A DNA stretch of 64,000 nt from Phoronis australis. Taxonomy: Eukaryota > Animalia > Phoronida. Of this stretch, positions 1 to 13,412 are shown in pieces; within the stretch, counting starts at the first letter, position 1; the number at the start of each line of letters is the position of its first letter. Position numbers and translations under genes: made by a program. The notes beneath the pieces are model-generated. The model did not search any database. It was not told where the DNA came from and saw only the letters and a program-made list of their open reading frames with translations. The stretch spans positions 1-64,000 of the forward strand of contig NMRA01000829.1 in assembly GCA_002633005.1 (NCBI GenBank). The letters are read 5' to 3'.

Positions 1-595
1 TACCGCCCATACCCTCGAAATCAACCGAAACAACAACTTTTAAGCGTCCACAGCAAGGGCGGATCCAGGATTTTGAGGTGGGGGGTGGCAGGTCAGTGTA
101 GCCAGGATTTTGCCCATTAGACATTCGCATGTACCCTGGCCAAATGGAATCTGGGATAATTTAGGGGGCGTGGCCCCCTTGGTCCTCCTCTACTTCCCCA
201 TTGAACATTTTCGACATCATAAAAATATCAATTAGAGAGAAAACGGTTTCATCTCTGTTTATCAAAGGCAATTAAGATTGGTGAATCTGTCAACGCGGGA
301 GTCATGTGACTCACTGACAAAAAGATTCGCTTTTGTGCTTCCCCTGTTCATAGAATGTGAAAGTTAAGTTAGTTCTTAAAAGCTGAAGCTCTCGAGAACA
401 CGTGCTGTACAGGTGATCCATAAAAAATACCAGATCAGTTTATAGATCGCTTAATTGTTTAGATTAAGCGTGTTTTTCACGTCTTGAATCAAAAACGTAT
501 TGTTGTAGGGAAACGAAAAATCGAACACAGGTTCGATTCCTGCATGTTCCCGAGTGGATTAATTAGTTCAAACGATTTTCGTTACCGATACGCAG

Positions 596-829
596 TTTTA
601 TTGAATATTATAAACACATTAGTTTACATTCAATAATTACATTTTATTGAATATTATAAACACATTAGTTTACATTCAATAATTACATTTTAATGAATAT
701 TATAAACACATTAGTTTACATTCAATAATTACATTTTATTGAATATTATGAACACATTAGTTTACATTCAATAATTACATTTTATTGAATATTATAAACA
801 CATTAGTTTACATTCAATAATTACATTTT
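596..829. repeat. Minisatellite, 46-bp unit x ~5
   Basis: Unit TTGAATATTATAAACACATTAGTTTACATTCAATAATTACATTTTA recurs at 601, 647, 693, 739, 785 with at most 1 substitution per copy. Confidence 0.95.
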
Positions 830-880
830 CAGACTATGAGTGCAGTGTAAATAGAAATGTGAGAGTCTTTGTAACATTTT

Positions 881-926
881 AAGTATGCGATAAGTATGCG
901 ATAAGTATGCGATAAGTATGCGATAA
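881..926. repeat. 11-bp tandem repeat x4 (AAGTATGCGAT)
   Basis: Directly visible perfect repeat. Confidence 0.95.
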
Positions 927-1663
927 TTCAGAAATATGAAAGACAACCGTTGGAGTCCGAGACTTGATGAAATGTCATTTCGTACAGTAATCAATCAATA
1001 CAGTAATCAATCAATATGACCGTTGAAAGGACTGCTGTATAACAACAGAAAAATATGCTCGCTGCTCGGCATCACTAAATAGATGCTTGCTGATTGGTGG
1101 AATCATTCTATGTTGAAAGACGTAAAAAATCAATGAATCTAATGACGGTCTCTGATCAAACGTAGACAAGATTTTATGAGTTCTCACGAGGTTTTGAACT
1201 ATTTTTAATTTACAAACTAATCTTTTTCCAAAAATAGTCGGTCTTAGTCTTACAACCATGATTTTTTCCACCATTGCAACTGGATAAGTGACTAGAACGC
1301 ATGGCTTTAGAGATCGTAAGTCACCGATCTACACAGCGTTTAGATGTAGAAAAAATCGATTTGATTTGAATTTAACTGTGTCGTTCTCCAAACTCGGTTC
1401 CAGTAACAATAAACTGGAATTTTAAATGCATTGTGCCAATTCATGGCTGCAAGAAGTGAGAGGCCGGGCATACTGTCCTCGATCATTTGCGGGTTTCGGG
1501 GATGAACTGGGACCGAGGGCAGTCGAGAGAAGAATCACAGCGAAACATGAAATAGAGAGAAAATTCAAGAAAAACGTTGTCAACCACAAGTGCTTGGTTT
1601 ACCATTTAAGTGCTCTGGCCAGACATCGACCTCATTTTTGCAGCATAGATCGTCTAATTGCAC

Positions 1664-2082
1664 NNNNNNNNNNNNNNNNNNNNNNNNNNNNNNNNNNNNN
1701 NNNNNNNNNNNNNNNNNNNNNNNNNNNNNNNNNNNNNNNNNNNNNNNNNNNNNNNNNNNNNNNNNNNNNNNNNNNNNNNNNNNNNNNNNNNNNNNNNNNN
1801 NNNNNNNNNNNNNNNNNNNNNNNNNNNNNNNNNNNNNNNNNNNNNNNNNNNNNNNNNNNNNNNNNNNNNNNNNNNNNNNNNNNNNNNNNNNNNNNNNNNN
1901 NNNNNNNNNNNNNNNNNNNNNNNNNNNNNNNNNNNNNNNNNNNNNNNNNNNNNNNNNNNNNNNNNNNNNNNNNNNNNNNNNNNNNNNNNNNNNNNNNNNN
2001 NNNNNNNNNNNNNNNNNNNNNNNNNNNNNNNNNNNNNNNNNNNNNNNNNNNNNNNNNNNNNNNNNNNNNNNNNNNNNNNNNN
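1664..2082. other. Assembly gap (419 N)
   Basis: Run of N; the three ORFs spanning it are artefacts. Confidence 1.
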
Positions 2083-2479
2083 ATTTTAATTAATTACACC
2101 TTGAATGCCGTTTCATGCAGTTACATTGTTCATTAACTATTCAGTATACAATGACATTTACGAAAAATGCGATAAACTACTCCAAGAGGCTATCCGAAAT
2201 TTGCAGATAAAAGTTTCTGATAGGCAAAAAAATGGGCAAACATCTATCACGTAGATTTGAAATGTGCTGTGGATAGCTGGTTACATTGGTAGTAACGTAG
2301 GACTTAACAAAAAAGTTTTGAACTAAAATCTTTTCTTTAGAAAGTGAAAGTTTGTGATCCTGATACATGTATAGTGTACGTTACCGTAAAAAAGAGACAT
2401 TGGGACATATTGTTATGACACTAAAGAAAATGAACTCTGGAAAATAACGATATTCATGAAAAGAGACAATCGAACACCT

Positions 2480-2725
2480 GGAGCCCGTTCCAACAAAACT
2501 GATTTAGCTAAGGCAAATCTTAAATTTTTGTAAATTTTAAAATAAAATTTAAATTTGTCTCAAAACCAATTCAAGAAAGAGATCTTAAGTTTGACTTAAG
2601 TGTTTGACATAAGTTTTCTCTTAATTTTGACTTACTTACCGAATGTGGAAACTTCAAGGTTTAGAAGTTAAGACAAATATTAAACTTAAGTCAAAAAAGA
2701 ACTAGAGTCAGTTTCTGTTGCATAG
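2480..2725. mobile_element. Degenerate MITE, probably related to the family at 14114 and 56743
   Basis: Begins GGAGCCCGTTCCAACAAAACTG; internal CTTAAG/GACTTAAG motifs resemble the other copies. Confidence 0.4.
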
Positions 2726-3257
2726 TTGTCACGGTCAACATTCAAGGAAGAAAAACAGAAGAACTGGGACATCTGTTTCTAAGCCAAAACATAAGGACGA
2801 AATATTAGCAAGGACAAAATACGTATCGATAGCGATATCTGGAGACGCAACACTCAAAAATGCAGAGCGTTTTTTGTTGTATGTACACTGGATTGGGAAG
2901 CTGAAGGCTCAGCATGAAACGTCACGTTCTTTTCTTTTTAGACGAGCGGGAAAATATGGCTATGTCACGTGGGATATTACTATAGTACAACGTCAGTTTG
3001 GCCGTGCTTCAAAAACCAGTCCGCCAAGAGTGGGCAATTGGCAAATACACTGGACGTTGTAAGCAACACAAAGTATTGGATTGGGTTTTTTAAAAGGTAG
3101 ACTTATCGTTTTTTAAAATGTTATTTCCGAGGTATACGTAAGTACTACAAATAGTAAGCTTACCTCTCAAAAATGGAATTGGCAAAAAACTGCATCTGGG
3201 CAACAGGTAAACACTGCACAAATGAATTATAGAAACAATTGAAAACAGTAATAATGT

Positions 3258-3320
3258 ACACACCCGCACACACACACACACGCACGCACGGAGGCACGCA
3301 TACACACACGCACACCCACC
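3258..3320. repeat. (CA)n/(CACG)n microsatellite
   Basis: Directly visible. Confidence 0.9.
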
Positions 3321-4708
3321 GACTTAGCTAAGCAATTATGAGTAATTTTTAGGGCCAAAACTTCTTATTTAGACCCAATATAACATCTTTCGTAAAATAC
3401 TTTAATATGATTAAACATCCAAAAATGCCTTGCCGAGAAGCTCCTGGCGTGATAGTTTGTCGAAAGTGGTTTTGCGACTGGAGCTGAAAAGATATCAGAG
3501 GCCAAAGTACTCCCGGTATCCACCCAAAACTACGGATAGGTGGTTATATAGATTGAGCAGTGTAATTGCCGGGTTTGTTGACTAATGTTCCCGAGAAATG
3601 GCTGATTGTATAGATCAATAGAGTCCCGCTTGATGAACAATTATAGCACAATGAAAACGGAGTATTGATTTAATAACTACAACGCTCGATCAAAACTCGG
3701 TCGATCAAGCAGCCGAAACTATTCTTAATGTATTCTCTGGCGGCTATTCTTGAGATCGCAAGCAATGCATAGGTCACGTGAGGGAGATGGCATTCCTGGG
3801 CTGGAGTTCAATGGCTACACCTAAAACTCGTTTACAAAATGCACGGCATTGTAGACGTTTTTAAGCCAACCATACGTAATTTTTTGTACTCCCCCTATTT
3901 TGTCCACATCATAGTGCACCGAATCACTTTATCATCCACGGGTTAATATTAATAGTTAATGAGATTAAAAAGGCCAGTTTTCAGTCATTTCTGTAAGACA
4001 GATTTTTACGTCTTAGCCGTTTAATCGGCGATATTTACGTACATGTACATGTACGTCCCAATGAAATGAATGTTTAGGTTTTTGAAGATTGGTTTTAGAA
4101 TCATCGTTTTGTAACAAATTTTAAGAAAATTGGATGTTGACGTTCGATATCCAGTTTTTCAATATTTTAATAAAAACCTTTAAGGTTTTAAGCTATTATC
4201 TTTTTCAAGAGAAAAAGTGCGCTAAACTCTCAATTTATGTCTGCCGCTCAGCTGTCTATAGGAAGAGTTCCCTTCTCCAGATAATCTAGAACCGGAAATT
4301 TGAAGCACGTGCTCCCAATCTGAAATTGAACTTCAAAAGTTTGGTTCCATGAAAGCCGAACGCTCCTCAACCACCAAGCGTCCGATATGTTTGACCTAAC
4401 TTTAATGTTTAAAGATCAGTTATTCACAAATAGTTTAGTCTGGAAAGAAAATGGTAGCTCAAATAAAAAACAGCGAATTTGGCACATGCCACTCGTTGGT
4501 GAATGAAAAGACGCTTATAAAAATTATTTCTAAAAAGTTTTAATAGTAATGCAATAGACTCCATTTTAATGACAATAAACAGTTTGATATTTGAAATTTG
4601 TCTTGACCTGTTACCTTGTAAAAGAACTTCATTTTGCTTACTTGCGATGCTGGCTTCCCGTAGTATCAGAAATACAGAAATATTAAAACACAAGTTGTCC
4701 AACTTATA

Positions 4709-5226
4709 CCCCCGTCACACCAGAGGCGCGGTGCCACTAAGGCTTTGGCCAAGGGATCGCAGTAAGGTACCCAGTGTACGTTTTCGGTGATTGCACGGCG
4801 ATTGTACTGCTGACGCACGGCGGTGATGGAGGTGCTTCTGTGGTCCTTGGACGGTACCACTGCGGTCTTGACGGTACATGGTCGGCGCACCGTAGGGGGC
4901 TGGGGGGGGGGTTTATAGCCCCACTTTTTTCAGCGCTAAGTCGCACATGGTCTATAAGCGGTGCACCACAGGGAGCTGAGGGGTTTTAGCCCCCCACTTT
5001 TTTCAGTGCTGCGCCGCCCATGCGGTACCACTGCGATCCCAGTGCGGATTGGCCCAACCCGTGGTGGCACTGCAGAAGTTTTGTACATGTTAAAATTTTG
5101 CGACATGCAAACGCGAAGGTCCGCGCTTTGACTGTTTTCCTCGGTGCTACGGCGATCATGGCGGTGCCAAGGTGGCTTATTCCGTACAAGCACCGCAGTT
5201 GCACAGCACCTCCGGTGTGACGGGGG
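4709..5226. mobile_element. GC-rich MITE with ~28-bp TIRs
   Basis: Left CCCCCGTCACACCAGAGGCGCGGTGC vs reverse complement of right end CCCCCGTCACACCGGAGGTGCTGTGC; TA on both flanks; internal repeats CGGTACCACTGCG at ~4852 and ~5023. Confidence 0.85.
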
Positions 5227-5637
5227 TATTTCTACAATAAACAAAAACATGAATGAAAATGATGACCTATTCACTTCCCACACTTTTTATTAATTTATTT
5301 CCAGATAAGATCGGTAATGCTTAAAAAACCAACATTAAGCATAACACGAGTTCATTGCATTCAAAATGGAGGTGACTTGTCTAAGATTCTAGCAAATAAT
5401 CTGGTTTTGCGATGTATACAAAGCGGCAGTGCTGCGTGTGAATAGCAAATAATATTGTTTTGTGATATTTTGTTTTGTGATATTTACAAAGGGACAGTGC
5501 TGAGAGTGAATATTCATTGTTCAGTACGTGTATGCTGGTGTCCATGGAGATAAAAACAACATCACATTTTAGTTTTTTCTAATATCTTATTCCTAAAAAT
5601 CATAAGTTTCCGGGGAATGGTACTCTGCATTTAACTA

Positions 5638-6824
5638 CCGAGTGTTCAATCGAAACAGGATCCCCCGGTGTAAACCAGACATCCCGGTGTCGAAAACAAA
5701 TTCCTGCACCTTCAAACCAGCTAACCAGACCCAAAAATACGAACCCCTATCCTTAAACAGGAATCCCAGGGGTCCGAAAAGGAAACACGCTCAATTTTTA
5801 AATTTTCGAAGACTCTACAAGTGTTTTCCAGTTATCGGCATTTGTTTGTTGAAAATTGTCAATAATAAAACGTAATTTATGTTATACTGAGTTCGATATT
5901 TGATTTTTATCGATAAAACTCGGTCAACCTGTCTGTGGGCGACTCTCAACATAATCTTTACTGTCAACACGTTGTTATCGCGGTGAATATTTAGTTAATT
6001 TCAGCTTATTCGATAGTTTCTCCAAAATATTTTCAATTATGAAAAGCAAAAATATTATTTGTACTTTTGAGTTCCACAGTTGATTAATGCCATTATATAT
6101 CTTTACAAAACGGACGGCGTTTTAGTGTATGTTGATATACTTCTCGAGAGTACATTAAATCATTTTCTGGAATTTGAAATGGATTGCGAGAATTATTCAC
6201 TCAAAATACATGCACCGTCACCGTTCTTCTACTCGTCATCCTACATTAAAACGGAAATTGGAATTTCTGAATTCAACGCAGCATCCACACTCTGCTTTTT
6301 TGGTGGATCACTGCAGCGAATTTGTTTTGAAATTCAGTTTGGTGGTATTAAAATACTAAAAAGTTGTAACCAAATGAAAGCACTTCGGATAATTTGTTGT
6401 TTGACATGTACGTAACCCCGGCGTGGAAGAAGAAGAGTTGATCGAAAATGGGGAAAAGAGACACTGGCCAAAAAGGTGACGTAATAGTTCATGGTGCCGA
6501 AAGGTGACGCAAAAATCGCATCACAACTTTAGCAGTACAATAACAACTGTAAAACGCCAACCAGTCATGAGTTGCCATAGTAAAACAAAATACCACAACA
6601 ACTGTTGAAAGTAGGAAGATTTATCATAATGTGAAATTGAAACGTATCATATGAACAGAAAGTGGGTGATGTGTTTCGTATCCTGTTCGACACCGGAATT
6701 CCTGTTTTAAAAGCTGTGTTTCGTGTTTTTCGGGTTGGTAAGCTGTTTTGAAGGTGTGGGATTCTACTTTCGCCTCTGGGACATCTGTTTTATAACAGGT
6801 TTCCTGTTTCGGTGAAACACTCTG
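5638..6824. mobile_element. Non-autonomous DNA transposon with long imperfect TIRs
   Basis: Left CCGAGTGTTCAATCGAAACAGGA vs right (rc) CAGAGTGTTTCACCGAAACAGGA; subterminal match CACCTTCAAACCAGCTAACCA vs CACCTTCAAAACAGCTTACCA. No clear TSD. Confidence 0.7.
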
Positions 6825-8035
6825 AAGTAGCGCTCACATCTAAATAATCTTACTGTTGAATAAAATTGGAATTTTGTGATAAAAATTTTATCAGACAAAT
6901 CTATGTTATTGAATACCCCGTATAAATTTCAAATATTAAACCTTGTGTTACAACACACTATTACGTACTCAAAGAGGCTTTATCGTTTTGCGGCCATAAC
7001 ATAAGTTGGAGATAGCAGTTGAACGGTATAGACGACAGTTTTGACAAGAACCAGGAAACAACAAAATTCATTGCGTTTTGTGATATTATTACAAGGCCAC
7101 CTTCTTCACCATTTTAAATGGTTGTACAATTTATGCGCGCTAAAACACACGTCTGAAAATATACAACGCCTAGGATTTGGCTGAGCGATAGACTCAGTAG
7201 GGTCCGGCTACGTTTGCGAAGGTAGGCCTTACATGTACATGTATCGTGTCCGATTCCGCACTCATCCGAGTTAATTTCTTTAAAATTACTTTTCTCACAG
7301 AGAATGTCCCTACCTGTTGTGTTACTGTGGACGTAATCATTGGTTGGCCATGTATAGTATTGTTTGGATAGTAGTGTGCATTTGTAATTACTCCCGTACG
7401 TTGTACTCCGACTACTTCTTTGGTCACGTGACATTGACTTTTAAATGCGTTTTCCCAAAGTCTAGGCATTTGTTATCGATGAGCAGCTCACAATACAGGT
7501 GTGTTGGTCATTAGCTGATTTTGAATGTAACGATGTTTTTACGATTGCAATTTTTTGTGCTCAACTTCGGTAGTGCCGCACGAAAGCAATAAACATAAAC
7601 AGCCGTAAACTCGTTATAATTTATGCGCCTGCAATGTGCCATAACACAACCAACGTATTTTTCAATTGGACAAGGAACTGACATCTTTACATGTTACGTT
7701 TACAAAGATCGGTTCCTGGCCCCTGGGTCCAATATCCTGCGAGTATAAATGTCTAGGTTTTACTCTATACATGTCAGGCATTCGTTAGTTTTCGAGTCGA
7801 GCTCCAAGTACACTAGCCTCGTTTACCGAAGGACTGAAATATTTTTCCTCGACCATCTAATGTTTAAATTTTTGCAAGTAAATTGAACTCTTCAAAACAG
7901 GTAAATTTGCACGCGCATCAAATGCTCTGTTGAAGTTCAAGGACTTTATTCATTTGCCAAATTTGACTTTGATCTGGGAGCAAACACATATCGATCTTTG
8001 TATAATTCAAGCATCCAAGACTTTTTTTTCTTTAT

Positions 8036-10091
8036 CACTGTGTGGGGAACCTGCACTACGTGTTTGGACTGGTCATGAGGAGTACGGCGTAGTCATGAGC
8101 AATTTGATGTAGGAATACAACACCAATCGAACAAAATTGATTTTAAAATGTAGAAAACGATTAGAAAATTTAATTAGACACAATTCTGCCCAATTTCTTA
8201 AGAGTCGTGGCAAGCACGTTAGTGTGACCAGCAACGACGGCCCAGTGCTACTCGGTAGTCGTCTGGTGCTGTGAAAAAATCAGAAATATCGTTGAAAGTT
8301 TGCTATAAATTGGTGCATTATGTCGTTAATTTAATACATTTCAGATTGGAAGTAATATTTTATAGTGATGTACATGTGCTGCAAACGTTTCAGCTAAAAG
8401 TGTGTATGGAAAATGCGATTTGGGCAAACAAACGACCGTACGGACTAGCCCGAGTCAACTGTATGGACTCGTCACGAGTAAACCTTTGAAATCTGCTCGA
8501 ACAAGCCAGTGAGCTGGTTAAGAATTAGTCAAATGTTAACCAGAATAGACCGTTTAACCAATAGCTTTCAAAGAGTATAGTCGCTTAGGTTACTTGAGAA
8601 AGATTGGTTGTATTTGCAAATGGTGTGTAAAATGATAACACAGACAAGAAGTGTTAGGCCATCGTGATTGGCCATTTGGGCAGAGTGAAATTGCTGTAAA
8701 TGCATTTTACACTTTCTCCGATCAACCAACTGACTTCAACTGCTGTTACTGCTGTGTTGACACAGATCATTTTGTTGAAGTAATTGGCCACGGTATCGCA
8801 GATCACGGCGATCAAGTACAAACGACTTGATATCTAACATTGCATGAACACAGCGGTTTGGGATGTGTCAGTGTAAAAAATATAGGCGCATACCATGCGC
8901 ACAGCCAGACAAAAAATGGGGGTGCTAGAATTTCAGAAAATGTGTACATTTTACTAAGATTCACGGGGTACGTTCAGAGCTATGAATTGTGCATTCGCCA
9001 AATTTTGGTAGTTACTGCCTCTTGACTTCTACGTTTTCGGAGTTTTTGTTTCTCAGAGACCGATACAAACTTTTACACGGAAAATTTTTTGAGATTCACC
9101 CCATCCATGCGTTTGTAATTGAAAGAATGTATACACAAAATGTGTGGCATTTTGTCACTGAGATTGAAAGGTTTAGTCCCACTCAGAAAGCACGTGAACT
9201 GCCATTGAAGAATATCAAAGAGATGAGCGGTCCTACATTCCAAATGTGGAAATCGGTGTAATGAGCCTTTCTCGCGCCAAATTACCTTGTGGTCTGTCGT
9301 ATATGACTTTTAAATAGTTCCTCCAGTTTGAAGTCTTTGCAACAGTCGGCCAATTTTGAAGTTTATTGTTGGTCAATTTACGTGGTTTACGCCGTAGAAA
9401 CCAACAAATCTAATTTACTTCTGGGAGCTATAGTCTGTGCAGTAAATTGGACAGCAAGTTTTTAGCCGGGAATCCGATTGCAGAGTCATTTGACATTGTT
9501 TATTAGGATACTGGTTTATATTTATAGAACTGAGTTACTTTCTGCAGGTATTGATCCATAATTAGACCACAACAATAGGTTGAAAACACAACCGGCTCAA
9601 TGCGAAACCGTACAGTTGCTCATGACGAGTTCGGACAGTCACAGTACGCGAAACTCGAATATGACGAGTCCGTACAGATATTTTGAGAATAGGTGTCATA
9701 AAATGCCACATAACTTTAGCTACAAATTACAAATATCAACTATACTTCTCATGCGCGTTTTCTAGAGTTTCATGGGTCGTGCTCAAACGCAAAAAATATA
9801 AACAACAACAAATGTAAAAAATGACACTTGAGTTTTATCGTTTTGTAAACAACCAGTGAAATCTCTTTAGCATAGTCAGTATAAGGGACCGTCCCTATTA
9901 ATGTAATTAAGGTCACATTCAACGATTACTCCTCCACTGAGTGCATTCCAGCAGTTGCAAAAAGTAACATGTAACAAGGTAAACGATCTCATGAAGTGCG
10001 CCTTGTTCGGGAATTTTTACCAATTTTGCTCATGAATACGCGGTACTCCTCATGACCAGTTCAAACGCGTAATGCAGGTCCCCACACCGTG
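8036..10091. mobile_element. Non-autonomous Transib/RAG-like DNA transposon (CAC-initiated TIRs, 5-bp TSD)
   Basis: ~70-bp TIRs: left CACTGTGTGGGGAACCTGCACTACGTGTTTGGACTGGTCATGAGGAGTACGGCGTAGTCATGAGCAA; right (rc) CACGGTGTGGGGACCTGCATTACGCGTTTGAACTGGTCATGAGGAGTACCGCGTATTCATGAGCAA. TTTAT flanks both sides (8031-8035, 10092-10096). The superfamily assignment is inference. Confidence 0.7.
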
Positions 10092-13000
10092 TTTATGTTG
10101 CTTTGGGTTAAGAAGATTTTTCATGTCCACGGCTTGAACATTACGTCAAAAACATGATTGTCAAAGATTTTTATTAGTGAATTTGCTTCACCTTGCAACG
10201 TGTCATAGATGGACATTGTATCAGCGGTTTACTCAATACTTTTATGACGAAATTACTACAGTTGAGCTTGCCCAAACTAAATTCTAATCATACTACACAT
10301 TGACAGCAAGCGAATTGACTGATTTTAAAATTGCAAAATAAGTTTCACGGCAATCCTGTTTCGTGTGCAACAAGTACGTAACTGCTAAATCATGATGAAC
10401 CCAACCCAATGAGTAGGAAAAGTCCGTGAGTATTACAACACGTGACTAATACCCTAAAAAGACGACCAAAAAGCTAGCGACTTTGCTAGCTCTTGTTCGC
10501 CAAGAGCAAAATGGTCATGGATGTGAACGGTTTTAAGTGCCACTTACACTGACGACGGTTTGAGTTACGCCAAAGCTGGTTGTGTTTTCGCTAGCATTTC
10601 GTAGACAGACAACATAGTTTACCGCAAAAGACAAATCTGAGCAGGGGCATTTTTCTTTCCTTGTCCATTTTTATTCTTTTTGCCCACACAACACAACACA
10701 CCACACCAAGACACAACAAAGCACGAAACATAATAATAATCTAAGGTTATGCAGGACCCTATAAAAATGACCAAATTCGGCTAATCTTATAAAACCATAT
10801 TTCAGAAAAGACTTATTGGATTGATATAACACGTTCATTTCCATGTAGTATGCTTTAAGGACTGGTTTCAAAAAACGCCGTTAGGACTAGTTTTTAAAAT
10901 GTTTCACTTTCGCATGGGGGATTATCAAAATAAGAATTTTACGATGTTCATAAAAATTCTTTAAATTTTCATAAACGAAAACGAAATGATATCTTAGAAA
11001 CCTTTATGAAAAAAGACATGGTCACGTGACCAAATTAATAACAGATTGGCAAAAAGTCAAAAATCAAATTCTACAGAGTTTCTACTTTCAGAAATACTCA
11101 CTTTTACGGAGTTGAAATATACAGTGTTCTAAATACTTTGTTAACTACACGGACTTGGCGATAAAGTCACGTGATCTGAAATGGACGGCACGTAATAACG
11201 GGTTACTGAAACGGACATAAGAATGGATTTAAGGGAGAGGGTAGTGTCCACTCTGCTTGGCTGTCAATGTTGAAATCTTAAGTGATACACTTTGAGGTTT
11301 TAACTTATTTTCCGAACTTGGCGGCGATGTCAACCTCAACAAACTCTAAAGCGTTTTTTGAGTCGTTGGTGGCTGCAACCTTCTCGCTAAGGAACTCATG
11401 TCCCATCACAGTAGCAAACGTTTTGTGGCCAATTTTACGGGCTTTAAAGTGTCTTAAATCATTTTTTGTTTTTGGCAGCTAATGAATACCGGGAAATGCA
11501 GTTTTGAGAAATATTGTGAATTATAAAAACTTGATATATAATAATGATTATCACTTTTCATAGTATGAAGTCATGTAACCTCGATTTTTTTGTCTGTCAC
11601 GTTTCTTGAAATAAAAAATTTCTTAAATTACAGAAGTATTTTAAACATGACGAATTTTAAAAACTTTTCTTTTGTAAATTGATTTCTTTGGATTGGTCGT
11701 TAAGTTAATATCCTATAAAGAGCTCTTGGAAATTGGAGGAATAAAAGCAAGTTTGAGGTAAAAATCAATTTGTAACTTGAAATATTTAAACTTGTGAGAT
11801 TTTGCGCTTGCTTGGTTGAACGTCATATAAGAATAAAAGTTCAACTATCCTTCCCGATTGCTTCAGTGTCAACAAGAAGTTACGAGATGTTAGTATTCAT
11901 GATTAGTGCGAGGTAGCGCGCGTTTTCAAAATTTGTGCAACGGTGACTATTTGTGCCGCAAGAACATGGAAGTTTAAGAAAACGAATTTCTTTAGGAACA
12001 ATACGACCCTTGTCCCTTTTGCAAGCTCGAATCTGAAACCTTAGAACTTTCCGTTGAAAATAGAAATCCATGTGTTCGCAAGAGGTAACCAAATTCCGTG
12101 TTACTAAAAGCGGAATTTTACATTTTGGGAAAATATCCGAACCAGGATATGGTTTCAAATCATTCATTCAACAAATCTCCTGAAGAAGACTATAACAAAC
12201 AATGGGAAATTTTAATCCGTCTTTTTGTCGATCGTACTGGCTAGTTTATGTGTACTTGAATATTTTTTCCTTTTTAGGTTCCACTACACCGTACGCGGTT
12301 CTTTTATTGAATAGGAGGAAATATTGCGAAACGAAATCAACAAACTTAAAATACCGCCCCCCGCAGTACGACAGCCGTCATCACAAGATAGGCTTACATA
12401 CTAAGTGAAATTCTAACATTATTTTTAATCGACCTCGAAGTCATGTCAAACACGATTTTGTCTAGCAACCGCGAAACAGTCAAACCAGTATATCTTATAT
12501 GCAACCAATGGTTACTGCAGTCATAAAATATGAGAGTACAAAAAAATTGTAATACTCGTAAACGCTACCTCTTACGTTAGATGAATTTCAATGTACGCAG
12601 AGTCCCTTAAGTCACAGAACAATCTTCTACAAAATCATGAAACTTCAAATCATGGCAGTGTTAAACGTTTATTAAAATGAACAACTTAAACATTTGTCAC
12701 CGGTTGGAACTAACTGCCACCAAACATCTAACTACTAGTTCATGATTCATTCTATCTATATATTACAATTCAAGGATAACGTTTAAACATACAGATCAAA
12801 GTGCGCAGACGTAATATATTCTAATTACAAAATATCACTGTACTTATGATACATATTATATCTACACATCGCGCAGAAACACGCGTTGTTCAGTACTACA
12901 TAACGTTATTCCTCCAGGTACTGAAATGTCTTCACCACACCTGTAAGACACTCCACTACAGACACCTGACCCGGGGCCGGGAGACATAAACCAGNACCAA

Positions 13001-13277
13001 TCAAATTTGTTAGCCAGTTGACCCTGCAGAGCCGCTGGAGATATTTGAGTGTACCCAATTAGTTTGACCAAGCAAAGCTATTATCAAAATACAGAGGTTT
13101 CGTGATAAAAGCCCTGTAGTGGAGGACTATATGTGCCGCGACAGCTGACCAAATCAGCTTGAGATGAAATCACAAAAACTATGTGTTCTTTTTAATTTGA
13201 GATGTATGAATCGCTCTTGCCTGCAAGCTGAACTACGCTGAAGTTGGTTTGGATTATCTCGTTGTCAAAGAACTTAC

Positions 13278-13412
13278 TTTGTAATAGGAAATTTCATCAA
13301 ACAACTGCGGAATGTCACCAGGGTCCTTGATTGGTGTTGATATTGGATGGGATTCCAGTAAAGCGTCGCGTATGAATACCTGAAGTACGTCGTCCACAAG
13401 GAGAAGGTCAAA
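13278..13412 (-). CDS. M1 aminopeptidase coding exon 7 (FDLLLVDD...SHPIS...FDEISYYK)
   Basis: 135 nt, ttcctgtag| ... |gtaagt; not in the ORF track; contains the transition-state Tyr motif. Confidence 0.92.

Noticed and set aside
596-829. Regular direct repeats as a possible CRISPR array
   Set aside because: Head-to-tail units with no unique spacers, in a eukaryotic context; a minisatellite.
1426-2136. Long ORFs of 236, 167 and 143 aa
   Set aside because: They are open only because they span the N gap.
11305-11478. Phase-0 open frame on the minus strand (LPKTKNDLRHFK...AAKFGK*) as an alternative last exon of the aminopeptidase
   Set aside because: No similarity to M1 peptidases and only a modest acceptor; likely chance within repeat-derived DNA.
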